A DNA stretch of 64,000 nucleotides, from the NCBI RefSeq assembly GCF_006345805.1, contig NC_043002.1, forward strand, positions 107,942,001 through 108,006,000, given 5' to 3'. The stretch is from Octopus sinensis. Taxonomy: Eukaryota. Made by a program: the position numbers and the translations under genes. Under the pieces are notes generated by a model, which was not told where the DNA came from, did no database searches, and saw only the letters and a program-made list of their open reading frames with translations. Positions 50,729 to 64,000 of this stretch are shown here, in pieces (positions within the stretch are counted from its first letter, which is position 1; each line of letters begins with the position of its first letter).

Positions 50729-51475
50729 CTGAAGAATAACAACGAGAGAATATATTAGTTTAGCTGCAAACTATCAATAAATAGATATCTATCTCTATGG
50801 AGAGAAATAATATATTTATATTTGTGTATCTACAAAACTATAGAAATAAACGGATATGTTGCCACATAGACTCTTCCCTCTCATAAAAATATATTGGAAA
50901 TAGATCTCATATTGATTTCGATTAATGATCATTCCAATAGTTTGGTCAATGGAACAATTCACTGAATAAATAGCAGAATATTCCAATACTTTGGAGAAGA
51001 TAATATAGCTTAAAAAGTGATGAGAATGACATCACTTCAAAAGGAAAATGTTACATAAAAGCAATACATTTTCAAAGCAATAAATTCTTCTACATTAAAT
51101 GATAAATCAAGAGACGAAGATGAAAACTAGAATTTTAATTCTAATCTTGAACTCTTGTGTAGTGAGGTGCTTTCTTAATAACCTATTTAGATAAATAATC
51201 CTTGAAAACATAAATGATTACTACATACAATAGCATAAAATAACTAAACTTTTGCACAAGTCAAAAGATAAACCCAGTCAGGGTTTGACTGGTTTCCCAT
51301 TCAAATATTTTATCAACATATAAGGAGTGGTTGAAAGCTGATGAATACAATCCCAGGACATTGTTAATATTTATTGTCTCAAGTCTTTATGGGCAAAATA
51401 GATGGTGTGAGTGTGTGGTGGAGATAGATCAAGCACAAACATCACCATACCTACATATATTTATATAAGGGTAAA

Positions 51476-51800
51476 GACCCCCTTCGGTCATGAATGACCA
51501 TGGGATTGCACCTAGAAAGTTACCCTCCTAGACACAAGTCCGGGCAAGGTTGTTTATGGAAGACCAGCAGTCGCCCATGCATACCAGCCTCCCCTCTCCA
51601 CGCCACCAGTGTTATCCAAGGGAAAGACAAAGGTCGATACAGCTTGGCACCAGTGACATCACAACTCATTTCTACAGCTGAGTGAACTGGAGCAACGTGA
51701 AATAAAGTGCCTTGCTCAAGAACACAACATGCAGCCCGGTCCGGGATTCGAGCTCACAACCTCACGATCGTAAGCTCGACGCTCTAATCACTGAGCCATG
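51476..51800 (-). mobile_element. tRNA-derived SINE, separate family
   Basis: Reverse-strand tRNA-like head (gcatggctcagtgattagagcg...gagctcgaatcccgg) followed by a gtgttcttgagcaaggcac segment typical of SINE central domains. Confidence 0.65.
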
Positions 51801-51885
51801 CATATATACAAACATAGTTTATTCATTGGTAAACCAGGAAGTATGAGACAGGCAAACACTAAAGAAGGCAGAACCTTAAATATAA

Positions 51886-51917
<32 letters not shown>

Positions 51918-52249
51918 GGAGAGAGAAAGAGGGAGAGAGAAAGAGGGAGAGAGAGATGAATTGATAGACATTCAGGTATCCAGAGAAGATGAGCACAAAC
52001 TGATAGAAACGAACGAAATGTCATCATTATCATCATTATCATCATGCTGGTGTGGATCGCACGCTCCAATAGGATCTGATGAATTGGAAAACTGGGACAT
52101 TCTTCAATATCTGCCTTGGCTGGATGCCTGCAGTTGGGGGGTCCTTCCTCACACCAACCACTTTACAGAGTGAACTGGGTGCCTTTTGTTTTTGTTTTTT
52201 TTTTAAGTGCTAGCACGAGTAAAGTTATCCTGTAACTCACAAGGCTTAA

Positions 52250-52469
52250 CCCTTTAGTGTTTAAACCGGCCATATCTGGCCCAAATATTCGATATGTTTA
52301 TATTCAAACTGGCCATATCTAGCCTATCACACCTAACCTATAATGCCATTCTAAAAATAAACAATCACATTATTGAGATCTCAAAGCTACAAGATAATGC
52401 ATGATTAATTCAGAACAATATGAATAAATAAGTATTACATTTTAACAAAGTAATCTGAACACTAAAGGG
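52250..52469. mobile_element. piggyBac-type MITE
   Basis: Perfect 12-bp TIR CCCTTTAGTGTT / AACACTAAAGGG flanked by TTAA; related copy at 8453-8673. Confidence 0.8.
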
Positions 52470-54477
52470 TTAAAGACTGCTTGACTGAGTAGGAAATTAG
52501 TAGAAAAGGTGTGGGGGGTGACTGTGTGAAAAGTTAAGAGATTACAGTTACAAACTTGTTTCTGTCCCTTCCTCCATATTTTAAAAAAAGTAAATGGTAA
52601 GCTCACTACATCCATATTTAAAGTCCAACTTTAACTTGACCCAAATTAATCTGGGTTGAGTCTTGAGTTTCAAACACAATTTGATCCTAAGTTGCAAATA
52701 TATGGTTTCACTTACATGAAGAAAGAGATAAACATCACCTAATTCCATATCCCTTCTCTTATCATAAAATTACTTCTATGTACAGAAATCAATAACAGTC
52801 TTTAAAATGTCAATTAATTTGATAAGTAAATTTCTTGGAACTTTCTTTCCATTAAGTAGAACTGCACTCTTCACCAGCTGCTTCTTGATTCCACTTATTC
52901 TTCTTACTACCTGGAACCATTTTACTGATTACCCATCCTTCTTAATACTGTCCTCTCCACCTACTTTTTACATTGATCATTGTTAACCACACATCATCTC
53001 TCTCTCTCTCATCCTTCCTCTATTAAACTATTATTACTATTCTGTTGCTTTTCATCCCCACCTTTTTCTGCACTGTCAGTCACTTCCTACTCTCCCACAC
53101 CTCATATATATCATTGGTCACCCGCCACCCCTTATCCACCATTCATTATATAACCCCTCAACCCTTAATTTCTACAGACATCACCTACTCTCCCCTTCAT
53201 ACCATCCTCAGCATCAATTCTTCATTGTATTCACACACCCTCTCAACCGTTTCCCATCTCTAACCATCCCTCACTCTCTCATACACTCATTTAACCTCTA
53301 CCCATCCACACTTCCTCTTGTTCTTCTCCACCCCCTCACTTCTACTCATGACCCCTATTTTATCTATTTATCCTACTCCAGCTCCATCCACTCCCACCTC
53401 TTCTTCTATAATGTAAGTGGCCATGTAGCAAGAAATCCCGTTCTGTTCTAGCCCCTTCTTTCGCACTTTAACCCCTTATCTCATAGCATAAATTCACTTC
53501 CCAGTCTGTGTAGTTCTACTCAATTGAAGGGGGTTTTGGTCTTGTGAGCTACATAGTGACGTGACTAATGCTGGGGCCACAAAAAAAACCCACCCAGTTT
53601 GCACTCCATAAAATGGCTGACATTAGGAAGGACATCTAGACACAGAAACTATGGCCAAGGCAGATATTGGAGCACAATGGAGTCTTTGGACTGATTAGAT
53701 CCTAACAAACCATTTTACTCATGTCAGCTTGGAACATGGACATTAAATTATAATGGTGAAGATTTCTCTTTGATTTTACTAGTCAGTAGCAACTAAACTT
53801 TTCTGAGCTTTGTTCTCATTAAGACAACAATCATTTGTCTTTAATGAACAGTTATTTCTCATCATAGCTAAAACACTTATCTTCAGTTATTGGACTGTGG
53901 CCATGCTGGAGTACTATCTTAATAACTTGCCATGTCTACAGATCTGTAACCACACAAGTTTTTGGGAGGAAGCTGCTAATATCTTTGAATATCTCTAAGC
54001 AATGTTCTACACCTCACCTTGCTCTCAATTAATCAGACAAATGAATGACAAAATCTACGATTGATTTGAGAAACAGAACATGACAAACAGAACAGTAATG
54101 CTTCATTAGTTTTGATTGATTGATAAACAAATAATGAGCAAAGAAGACATTTGCTCAGCATGCACATGATTAAACATGAATGTTAGTCGTTAAATAAACA
54201 AATGATGACCTACTTTATATTTTTGGGGATTAACATATATAATGATAATAATAATCTTTTCTGTTTTAGGCAAAAGCCTGAAATTTTTGGAGAAGAAAGC
54301 TATTTGATTAGATAGGGCCCAGTGCTCAACTGGTATTTATTTCATTGACTCCAAAAGGTTGAAAAGCAAAGCCAACCTCAGTGGAATTTAAACGTAAAGC
54401 TGGATGAACTGCTTCTAAGCATTATGTCTGGCATGCTAAAGATTCTGCCAATTTGCCACTTCATATAAAAACAATAA

Positions 54478-54842
54478 TAACAAGAGCACTCAGAGAGTGC
54501 AAACCTCTGCCAAGGCAACACCAATGTTCCCTTAACGATTAGCTAGAGATGATTATTAAAATGAGAATATCTGAAATAAACTCGACTGCTCTCACAAACC
54601 AGCATACTAAAAATGAACCTGACCGCTCTCGAAAGTTAAGTACAATAACAGGAAAAGTAATCCAGAATCCTTCTCTTGTACCGGACCAATCCCAAAATCT
54701 AATCAGTTTGAGCCAGTCACAAGGCCAAGCATCCCTGAAAGTTTCATCCGAATCCATCAAGTGGTTCTTGAGATATCTTGACCATGGACAAACAAACAAG
54801 GAAACGCGACTGGAAACAATACCTCCGCTAATGCAGAGGTAG
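54478..54842. mobile_element. Helentron-associated (HINE/DINE-1-like) non-autonomous element
   Basis: Terminal palindrome tacctccgctaatgcagaggta and (AAAC)n microsatellite, set in (AAT)n; other copies at 30527-30897 and 59338-60000 (the latter interrupted by a family D SINE). Confidence 0.55.
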
Positions 54843-56491
54843 TAATGGTTGCAAATTTCAGCACAGAGCCAGCTGTCTTTGATGGGAGTGGGGAATTGAT
54901 TACATCAACCCTAGTACTCAACTGGTACTTAGTTCATTGACCACCACAAAAGAATGGAAGGCAAAGTCAATCTCCTCGAAGGAATTTGAGCTCAGAATAT
55001 AAAAAGAAGGCTGAACTGATGCTAAATATTTTTACCCAGCGTGTTTAATATTCCTTTCTACTATACGCACAAGGTCAGCAATTTTGGCAGAAGGGGGCTA
55101 GTTGATTACATTGACCCCAATGCATAACTGGTATATATTTTATTGGTCCCAAAAGCATGAAACGCAAAGTCAACTTCAGTGAAATTTGAATTCAGAAGAT
55201 TAATTGCCAATAAGCAATTTGTCTGGAATGCTAATAATAATAATAATAATCCTTTCTATTATAGGCACAAGGGCTGAAATTTGGAGGAGGGGGATAGTCA
55301 ACCATACTGACCCCAGTACATAACTAGTACGTAATTTATCAACCCCAAAAGGATTGATAAACCCCAAAAGGATGAAAGGCAAAGTCAATCTTAGTGGAAT
55401 TTGAACTCAGACTGTAAAGACTGGCAAAATGCCACTAAACACTTTACCCAGTGTGCTAACGATTTTGCCAGCTCACCGCCTTAATAATAATAATGGTTTC
55501 TAAATTAGGCAGAAGATCAGAAATTTGTTGGGGACAGGTAATTAGTCATTCATTCATGTGGAGGCGCAATGGCCCAATGGTTAGGGCAGCAGACTCGCGG
55601 TTGTAGGATTACAGTTTCGATTCCCAGACCGGGTGTTGTGAGTGTTTATTGAGCGAAAACACCTAAAGCTCCATGAGGCTCCGGCAGGGGGTGGTGATCC
55701 CTGCTGTACTCTTTCACCACTCTTTCTCCCACTCTTTCTCCTGTTGGCCTGCTCGCTTAGCCAGCGGGGTGGTGTCATTCGATGGGTAAAACAATGCGAA
55801 CGCATTGTGACCAGCGATGTGTAACTACATCTGATGGACTGGTCGGTCACGTGATCACGTGAATTAGTCATTCATATCAACTCTTGAAGGATGAAAAGCT
55901 AAGTTGGCATCATCATCATCATCATTTTAACATCAACTCTCTGCTCTTTTCCTTTTAACTTCTCTTTGACATGCTAAAACGGCCATTCAAAGCCAGAAGA
56001 TTTTGTTAAAATGTCAGACAAAATGCTTGGCAGCATTTCATTTGGTTCTTTACATCCCAAAGTCAAATCTTACCAGAGTCAACTATGCCTGTCTTCCCTT
56101 CAGGCCCAACAAAATAAGGGACCAATCATGTATCAGGATCAATGTAGTCAGCTTTTTCCCTCCCTTCAAAAATCGCTGGCCTTGATTCCTGTGGCAGTCC
56201 AGTGCCTCATTCAAGAGTCACATTGTGATCTTCATCACTTATACACTGTGGAAATCAAGAAAGCAGCCTTGGAGGGCTCAAGAAACATGAAAAGAAGAAA
56301 GAGCAAATTAACTTTGAGAGATTAATTACTCAGATCAAATCAAATCTCAGATCAAATCACTTGCTATGCAAGTACATCTCCGTAAAGATTAATTACTAAT
56401 TTCTAGAAATTATCCTTGCTTTTCTTTAAGGGTTGTTAATTATTCCAAGGTTTTTGCAATCTTTCTCCAAGAGAGAAGTTAGGATCTTTTA

Positions 56492-56536
<45 letters not shown>

Positions 56537-58743
56537 TGTGTGTGTGTGTGTGCCAATCAGTCCATTCAGCTGCCAAAAATGGGTAATACCTGTAATTACA
56601 AAGGCCAGCCTTGTCACTTTCTGTGTGGTGCTGACTCTCCCTGGGAACTACATTAAGGGCACACATGTCTGTGGAGTGCTGAGCCACTTGCATATTAATT
56701 TCACAATCAGGCTGTTCTGGTGATTGGATCAACTGGAACCGTTGTCATTGGAACCAATGGAGTGCAAATAATGGTAAACCAATCAGTAAGTCACTCATTA
56801 ATTATTATCTTCTTTGTATCTAATTAACAAAATACAATGTTTGTTATATGACGATGTCTCCGGATGATGTCTTTAGCCACTGGATGCTATAAAGGAGCTG
56901 TCGAGGTAGCGAACCACGAAACATAGTTGGAATTCCTCAAAAGTATCTTATTTAACCAACTGGTTTTGGAAAATACTAAAAATGTTTTTACATAAAATTA
57001 TAATAGTTTTAATTTAAATGTGAAAACTTTAAACCTGACAGTTTTGTATCATGATTTTAAGTGAGTTGGAATAAAAGGGTTAAACTTTCAGAGTTGGATA
57101 AGAAATGTTGCTGTTGTTGGTGTTGTTATTGTATTTCATAGTCTCAAGTTGGACAAGCTGGAGCAAACCCCCTCAGATGAAATGTGTTCCTGTATTAGGT
57201 TACAAAACATCATCATAGTATATCTTTTACAAAGAAACTCAAAGGAAAGGATGGGAGAAGACAGAGCCACTTCAATAAACCAACAAGAACCATTCCACTA
57301 TTTTATTCTATTACTAGCTCTGAAAGAAACAAAAATGTCATCCTCAAAAGAATTCAAACTCAGAACAGAGAAAAGCAAATCCTGGTGACTTTATAAAATT
57401 TTGCTGGATTCTCTCATGTTTCAGCCACGTCACTAATTTCATGAAATATCATACAACTGATTTTATTTTACAAACCACTGCATTCAAATAATGTTGCTTA
57501 GAACCAGTCGACCATGGTTGAAAAGGTTTATAATTAAAGCTATTCCAACCATGAACGTCTTGTCTGACTGTGTGTCACGTTATTCAATGTAACTTCTTTT
57601 TAAAATTGATGGCTTGGGTTGATAGCTGCTACTTCTAGCAGGTTCAACTGTAAATGGAAGGGGAGAGTCAAAAGATTTAATTTCTCACAGTGTTTTACTG
57701 ATAAACGTGATTATGTTTACCAAGCCCAGCAGAAGAACCTGGACTTAGAATGTACAAGAATGAAATCGGATACTTCATGGTATTTGGAGAGAGAGTGACA
57801 TTACAGTGCTGCACTTTGCTACTTCTGCCAAGACACAACCTGAACTCAATAATGAAACATTATTGATTAGCCGAAATTAGCATCAAGTTATTTTCGAAAC
57901 CATGTGGTGCCAACTAAACAGAATGCAGACAATGCCGTGTCAAGGTGGTTTATAGGAATGGTTCAGGAGTCTGTATTCTTTGGCATGCTTGGTATTTTTT
58001 AAACTTTGATTTGATTTTTTTTTGAAAGAAAGAGGAAAAGAAGGACTGGGAGACGGGGCAGGGGATAGCTGACAGTCATTTCGTTAGTAATCAGGTTAGA
58101 AATGTGGGACAAAAGATCAGAACGCAATTTCTTTCAAAATTTATCTGTGCCAAATATTTTTAGCAACAAGGACCTGTGGAAATTCAACATTTTATAGAAA
58201 TTGTTGATTCTATTTTGAAGCATATAGATATATAGATCTTTGTAAATATTATTTCATTGGGTTAAATATTCCAGTTCTGTCTTCAATTTCCTTCCATATT
58301 TTTAGAGGTTAACATTCACCGAAACAAACAGAGCAACCATTTTCTTTTATCTTTTACTTGTTTCAGTCATTGGACTATGACCATGCTGGAGCACCACCCT
58401 GAAGGGTTTAGTCCAGCAATTCAATCCCCAAATTTATTTTCAGTCCAATGCTTTTTCTACCAGTCTCTTTTGCTGAAGCGCTAGGCCACAAGGACATAAA
58501 CAAACCAACACCAGTTGTCAAGCAGTGGTGGGGGACAAATACAAACACATTTTAGATTTATTTTTATCAAAGTTTCATTACTTAGTTAATTTTTTTGTGA
58601 GAAATTAAAAAAAAATTTATAACCAACCACTTGGTTCTGGGTTCAGTCCCACTGCGTGGCACCTTGGGCAAATGTCTTCTGCTATAGCCTCGAACTGACC
58701 AAAGCCTTGTGAGTGGATTTGGTAGACGGAAACTGAAAGAAGC

Positions 58744-58792
<49 letters not shown>

Positions 58793-60570
58793 CCACAATA
58801 TCACTTCCCAACTGATGCCGGTGTGTTTACATCCCTGTAACTTAGCAGTTCAGCAAAAGAGACTGATAGGAAAAGTACTAGGCTTATAATTAATAAGTCC
58901 TGGGGTCGATTTGCTTGACCAAAGGCAGTGCTCCAGCATGGCCGCAGTAAAATGACTGAAACAAATAAAAGAATAAAAGAGAAACTAAAGGAGGCACAAG
59001 ATTTAGTAGAAATCTTGAGAGAATCGGTAGAGCAACAATATAAATGTATATTTAATTGGTTCTTTTTAGATTCCCAATAAAACTCTGTCTGGCTTTGCTT
59101 TATCATTTTCCAAGTTTGATCAGATAAATACCAATCAAGTATTGAGTATTGATACAAACAGCCATTCCATTCCCGCCAAAAGTTGTAGCCTTCAACCTAC
59201 ATTGGAGATGGAAAAAATATAGTCGAATCAACAAGGAAGCATTTAAATGGTTGCTTAATCTGTTAGAAATAGCACCCAACTCACCCACATAACCTGAAAT
59301 ATTTTTCCTCATAATCCAGTAATGAAAGAAATAATTACAACAAGAGCACTGAGAGAGTGCAAACCTCTTATTTGTTCCTTCTCGAGCCTGGCTCATAAGG
59401 GCCAGTTTCCCGGTTTCCTTGGTGTATAGGTTCCCCACCTGGATGGGATGCCAGTCCGTCGTAGGTGAGCTGCAAGATGCAGGAGGAAAGAGTGAGAGAA
59501 AGTTGTGGTGAAAGAGTCAGCAGAAGTTTGCCATTACTTTCTGCCGGAGCCACGTGGAGCTTAGGTGTTTTGCTCATAAATACACACATCGCCCGGTCTG
59601 AGATTCGAACCCGCGATCCCTCGACCGCATGTCCACCGCTCTAACTATTAGGTCATGTGCCTCCCCAGCACAAACCTCTGCCAAGGCAACACCAACGTCC
59701 TCTCAATGATTAGCCAGAGATGATTTTTAAATAAACTCGATTGCTCTCATAAGCAAGAATACTAAAAATGAACCCGACCGCTCTCAAAAATTATGTAACA
59801 AAACAGAAAAAATAAGCCAGAATCCTTGTCCTGTACTGGATTAACCCCAAAATCTAATCAGTTTGTGCCAGTCGCAAAGACAAACATCCCTGAAAGTTTT
59901 ATCTGAATCCATCCAGTGGTTCTTGAGATATCTTGTCCACCAACAAACAAACAAACACAACTGAAAACAATACCTCTGCCTTCGCTAAGGTGGAGGTAAT
60001 AATTAGTATTATAGAGAGTCACTAATGCAAGACAGCTAATGAGGAGCATCTTCCTAACTGTTCAACCTGCTAGAAATAGAAACAAAATCTTCCCTTTTAT
60101 AACTTACTTATATACATAGAAAAAGAGCACATTGAATATTATAGTCCTTGCTACACTGTGTCTGAATAAAAGATGAGATGGTCACAGCTTGAACAGCTGA
60201 TTAGAGATTTGCTGAATCAAGATTAACCTAGAGCTTAACAACAAAAAGTTGTAAATAAATCAATCTGTTATTTCAATAAACAGCGGTATAATGTTCGTTA
60301 TGTAAAAGAGTTAATTAACTGAAGTCACCTTTTTCTCAAACATGGAATGTTAGAAAGATGACACTGTCAGGAAATTTGAAGAGAATTTACCCTTTTGTTA
60401 CCATATTTCTATCAATCTAAATTACTTTTATTTCAATTAATTCTTAAAATAAAAAATTTAGTAAAATAACATTGTAATTATTAACCCTTTTGTTATTGTG
60501 TTTCTACGCCACTTTTCGTTTTAGGATTTGGTTTGCAAGATTCTTTATATGAGTTCGTGTGTTGAAGCAT

Positions 60571-60805
60571 ATTCTGTTGTGTCTGGGAAGTTTCATTTTC
60601 TTTTTGTGCCTTATAATGTAACACACTCACCAGTAAAATTTCAACTTATTTCTTATTTTTATTTTCCGAAAATTTTCTTTGCGTCTTGCAACTTTTTCAA
60701 TAGTCTTAGGAAAATAAAAATAAAAAATAAGTGGAAATTTTACCGGTGAGTGTGTTACATTTTAAGGCACAAGAAGAAAATGACTCTCCCCAGACACAAC
60801 AGAAT
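60571..60805. repeat. Fold-back inverted repeat (~95-bp arms, ~41-bp spacer), MITE-like
   Basis: attctgttgtgtctggg...attttcc (60571-60667) is the imperfect reverse complement of ggaaaat...cccagacacaacagaat (60709-60805). Confidence 0.8.
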
Positions 60806-61904
60806 GCACCACTTTTGTTTCAGTTAATTTCTAAAATAATAAAGAATTTAATGAAATAAGTCATTTTTAAGCTGGTGTTTAGAATTAAGAAATTTTGATG
60901 AATGGTTTAATCTGGATCGCTTTAACCTTTTAGCACTTAAAACAGGTAGATTTTTTTGGCCAGGTATGGTCTGTTTATGTTCAAACTGACCAGATCTAGC
61001 CTCTCACACCTACCCTACAATGTCATTCTAAAAACAGACAATCACCTCCTCAAAATCTTAAAGCTTTGAGATAATGCATGATTAATGCAAAACAAGATGG
61101 ATAAATAAGGATTACTTTTGACAGGATAATCTGAATGCTGAAGGGTTAAACCAGAAGTTTGCATCACAGAACTGAGGAACAATCTTAGGCAGGTTGGTAA
61201 CAAAAGTGCTGAACCATTAATTAAATACCTAAATAACTGAGATGGGTTATTATTGTTAATCAGATTCTGATTAATTAAGTTATTAGCATCTTCGCATATG
61301 AGATTAATTTTTAAATATTTACATCTTCATGACATATCAGTCAGTTTAATGTCAAACCACAATTAGATATCACTAAACCAATAAATCAATGGCTCTGGGT
61401 CGGAGCATGTACAAAAAGGGATGGACAACAGAACCAGAGAAAGTTGGCTGTGTCTAAGAGCATTGTTAACATTTACTTAAGAAACCAAATACTCGAATGC
61501 AACCCGTTACTATGTACGTAACCAAGAATAAGATGACAAATGGAAACCAAATGATGATGATGAGAGCCGATGTCAATATTGGTTTCAAATTTTGACACAA
61601 GACCGGCAGTTTGGGGTGGGGGTGGAGTGAGTTGATTACATCAACCCTAGTATTTAAATGGTATTAATTTTATTGACTCCGAAAGGATGAAAGGCAAAAT
61701 CAACCTCAGTGGTATTTGAACTCCAAACGTAAAGTCGAATGGAATGATGCTAAGCATTTTGCCTGGGGTGCTAATGATTCTGCCAGCTTGCTCCTCTTTG
61801 CAGTGGCACAAACCCTGAAAAAGGTTTCATTTTTAACGATGAGGTTCACAGTCTGAAAAATTATTAAACACTATTATAACATATTATTATTATTATTATT
61901 AAAC

Positions 61905-62292
61905 AGGCGTAGGAGTGGCTGTGTGGTAAGTAGCTTGTTTACCGACCACATGGTTCTGGGTTCAGTCCCACTATGTGGCACCTTGGGCAAGTGTCTTCTA
62001 CTATAGCCTCGGGCCGACCAAAGCCTTGTGAGTGGATTTGGTAGATGGAAACTGAAAGAAGCCTGTCATATATATGTATATATATATATGTGTGTGTGTC
62101 TGTGTTTGTCCTCACAACATCGCTTGACAACCGATGCTGGTGTGTTTATGTCCCCGTTACTTAGCGGTTCGGCAAAAGAGACCGATAGAATAAGTACTGG
62201 GCTTACAAAAGAATAAGACCCGGGGTCGAGTTGCTCGATTAAAGGTGGTGTCCAGCATGGTCGCAGTCAAATGACTGAAACAAGTAAAAGAG
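61905..62292 (+). mobile_element. Family B SINE, full length
   Basis: Head aggcgtaggagtggctgtgtgg, tail gaaacaagtaaaagag. Confidence 0.88.
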
Positions 62293-62656
62293 TACTAGTT
62301 TTTTTTTTTTTTTGACATGGAAAATCCAAAAATGCAAATGAAAGTAATCTGGATGATTTTTTAAAAAAAGTCTTTTCATACCAATGTATGATACACACGG
62401 TCCCAGAGAGAAGCCTCATAATGATCACTCAATCTGCATGAAATAACACCCAAACCATCCTCAAATTGCATCCTCTCACTTTCAAAAAACAATGACCCGC
62501 TGACTAATGTAGTCCTAGATTTACAACACAAGAGAGAAGGAAGCCAAGATGCTTAGGACTAACTGTTTTGGTCATAGATCAACTCGGTCACACCTTACTT
62601 GGGGTTAAACAACACCATTGATAAATTGCAGGGACATGGATCCAGGTATTTCTAGC

Positions 62657-62691
<35 letters not shown>

Positions 62692-63714
62692 TTCACTAAA
62701 TTGTTCAAAATTTATTTGCCACAAGGGTGATGAGAGGACATTAAAGGAACAAATTATGAGAATTTATGAAGAACTTATGGAGAAAAGGAAACCGGTTTAG
62801 AAAACAGATGTATATTAAAAAGTATCAAATGAGATGTTAATAGGGGCCATTAAGAAACTTTGGACCCAGGATTCCTCTAAATATTGATGGTAAGTATCCC
62901 AACTCAGCTGTATTCTCTAATAATAATAATAATAATAATAATAACAACAACTGTTGTTTAATCATCATCGTCGTCTAACATCTGTTTTCCATGCTGGCAT
63001 GGGTTGGATGGTTTGACTGAGGACTGGCAAGCCTGTAGGCTGTATCAGGCACCAATCTGATTTGGCAAATGTTTCTACAGCTGGATGCCCTTCCAAACGC
63101 CAACCACTCCATGAGTGTAGTGGGTGCTTTTTACATACCACTGGCATGAGGGCCAGTCAGGCAGTACTGGCATCGGCCATGCTTGAATGGTGCTTTTTTA
63201 CATGCCACCGGCACAGGACCAGTCTGTCGGCACTGGCAATGACCATGTTCAAATGGTGCTTTTTACATGCCACTGGCATGGGAGCCAGTCAAGCGGCACT
63301 GGCAATGGCCACGCTCAAATGGTGCTTTTTACATGCCACTGGCATGGGAGCCAGTTGAGTGGCACTGGCAACGATCAGGCTTGAATGGTGCTTTTGCCAT
63401 AAGGGCAGTAATTTTGGTGGAGAGTGGATGAGTTGATTACATTGACCCGGTGTTCATTTGGGACTTCTAATGTTAAGTACAAAACCAGCTGTTTGGGGAT
63501 GGTGGGTTAGTTGATTACCTTGATATCCTGAGTACTTGATTGGTGCTTTATTTTATCAACCCCACAGGGATGAAATGCAAAGTTGGCCTAGATGGGATCG
63601 GAACTCAGAACCTAAAGAGTTGAAAGAAATACTACCAGGCATTCATTCAACACTAACGTTTCTGCCAGTGTGTGTGAGTAAGTCAAAGTGATTATGTAGA
63701 AGGTATGATTGTGT

Positions 63715-64000
63715 AGGCGGTGAGCTGGCAGAAACGTTAGCACGCCGGGCGAAATGCGTAGCCGTATTTCGTCTGCCGTTACGTTCTGAGTTCAAATTCC
63801 GCCGAGGTTGATTTTGCCTTTCATCCTTTCGGGGGGTCGATAACTTAAGTACCAGTTACACACTGGGGTCAATATAAACGACTTAATCCGTTTGTCTGTC
63901 CTTGTTTGTCCTCTCTGTGTTTAGCCCCTTGTGGGTAGTAAAGAAATAGTCATTTCGTCTGCCGCTACGTTCTGAGTTCAAATTCCGCCGAGGTTGACTT
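63715..64000 (+). mobile_element. Family A SINE; second body unit runs off the window end
   Basis: Head aggcggtgagctggcagaaacg; restart after aagaaata. Confidence 0.85.

Overview
AT-rich eukaryotic genomic DNA, very likely an octopus or other coleoid cephalopod. This assignment is inferred from the repeat landscape of tRNA-derived SINEs, MITEs and long TA/CA microsatellites. The window lies inside one minus-strand gene, a TMEM63/CSC1-like (OSCA/TMEM63 family) mechano/osmosensitive cation channel. I reconstructed 18 consecutive GT-AG exons by hand (50728 down to 1546; 1927 nt, about 642 codons). Every junction phase is compatible and there is no internal stop. The N-terminal exon(s) and the C-terminal exon(s) were not found and probably lie outside the window. 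Three structures in the introns stand out. (1) An essentially spacer-less palindrome of about 4.85 kb (18898-23744) made of two 5'-truncated Penelope-like element copies joined head-to-head. Each arm has an Asn-rich linker, a GIY-YIG endonuclease and a type I hammerhead ribozyme with an unusually long stem II near its outer end. The whole unit sits in a TA microsatellite. (2) A 5.3-kb array of a 69-bp unit (40885-46227) built from a SINE 3' end plus its insertion flank. (3) A partial duplicate of a TMEM63 exon (49825-49906) that is phase-compatible as a mutually exclusive exon. The rest is SINEs, Helitron/Helentron-type non-autonomous elements, MITEs, LINE relics and microsatellites. Most ORFs in the supplied track are spurious repeat translations. 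Repeat boundaries are approximate; exon boundaries were counted base by base.
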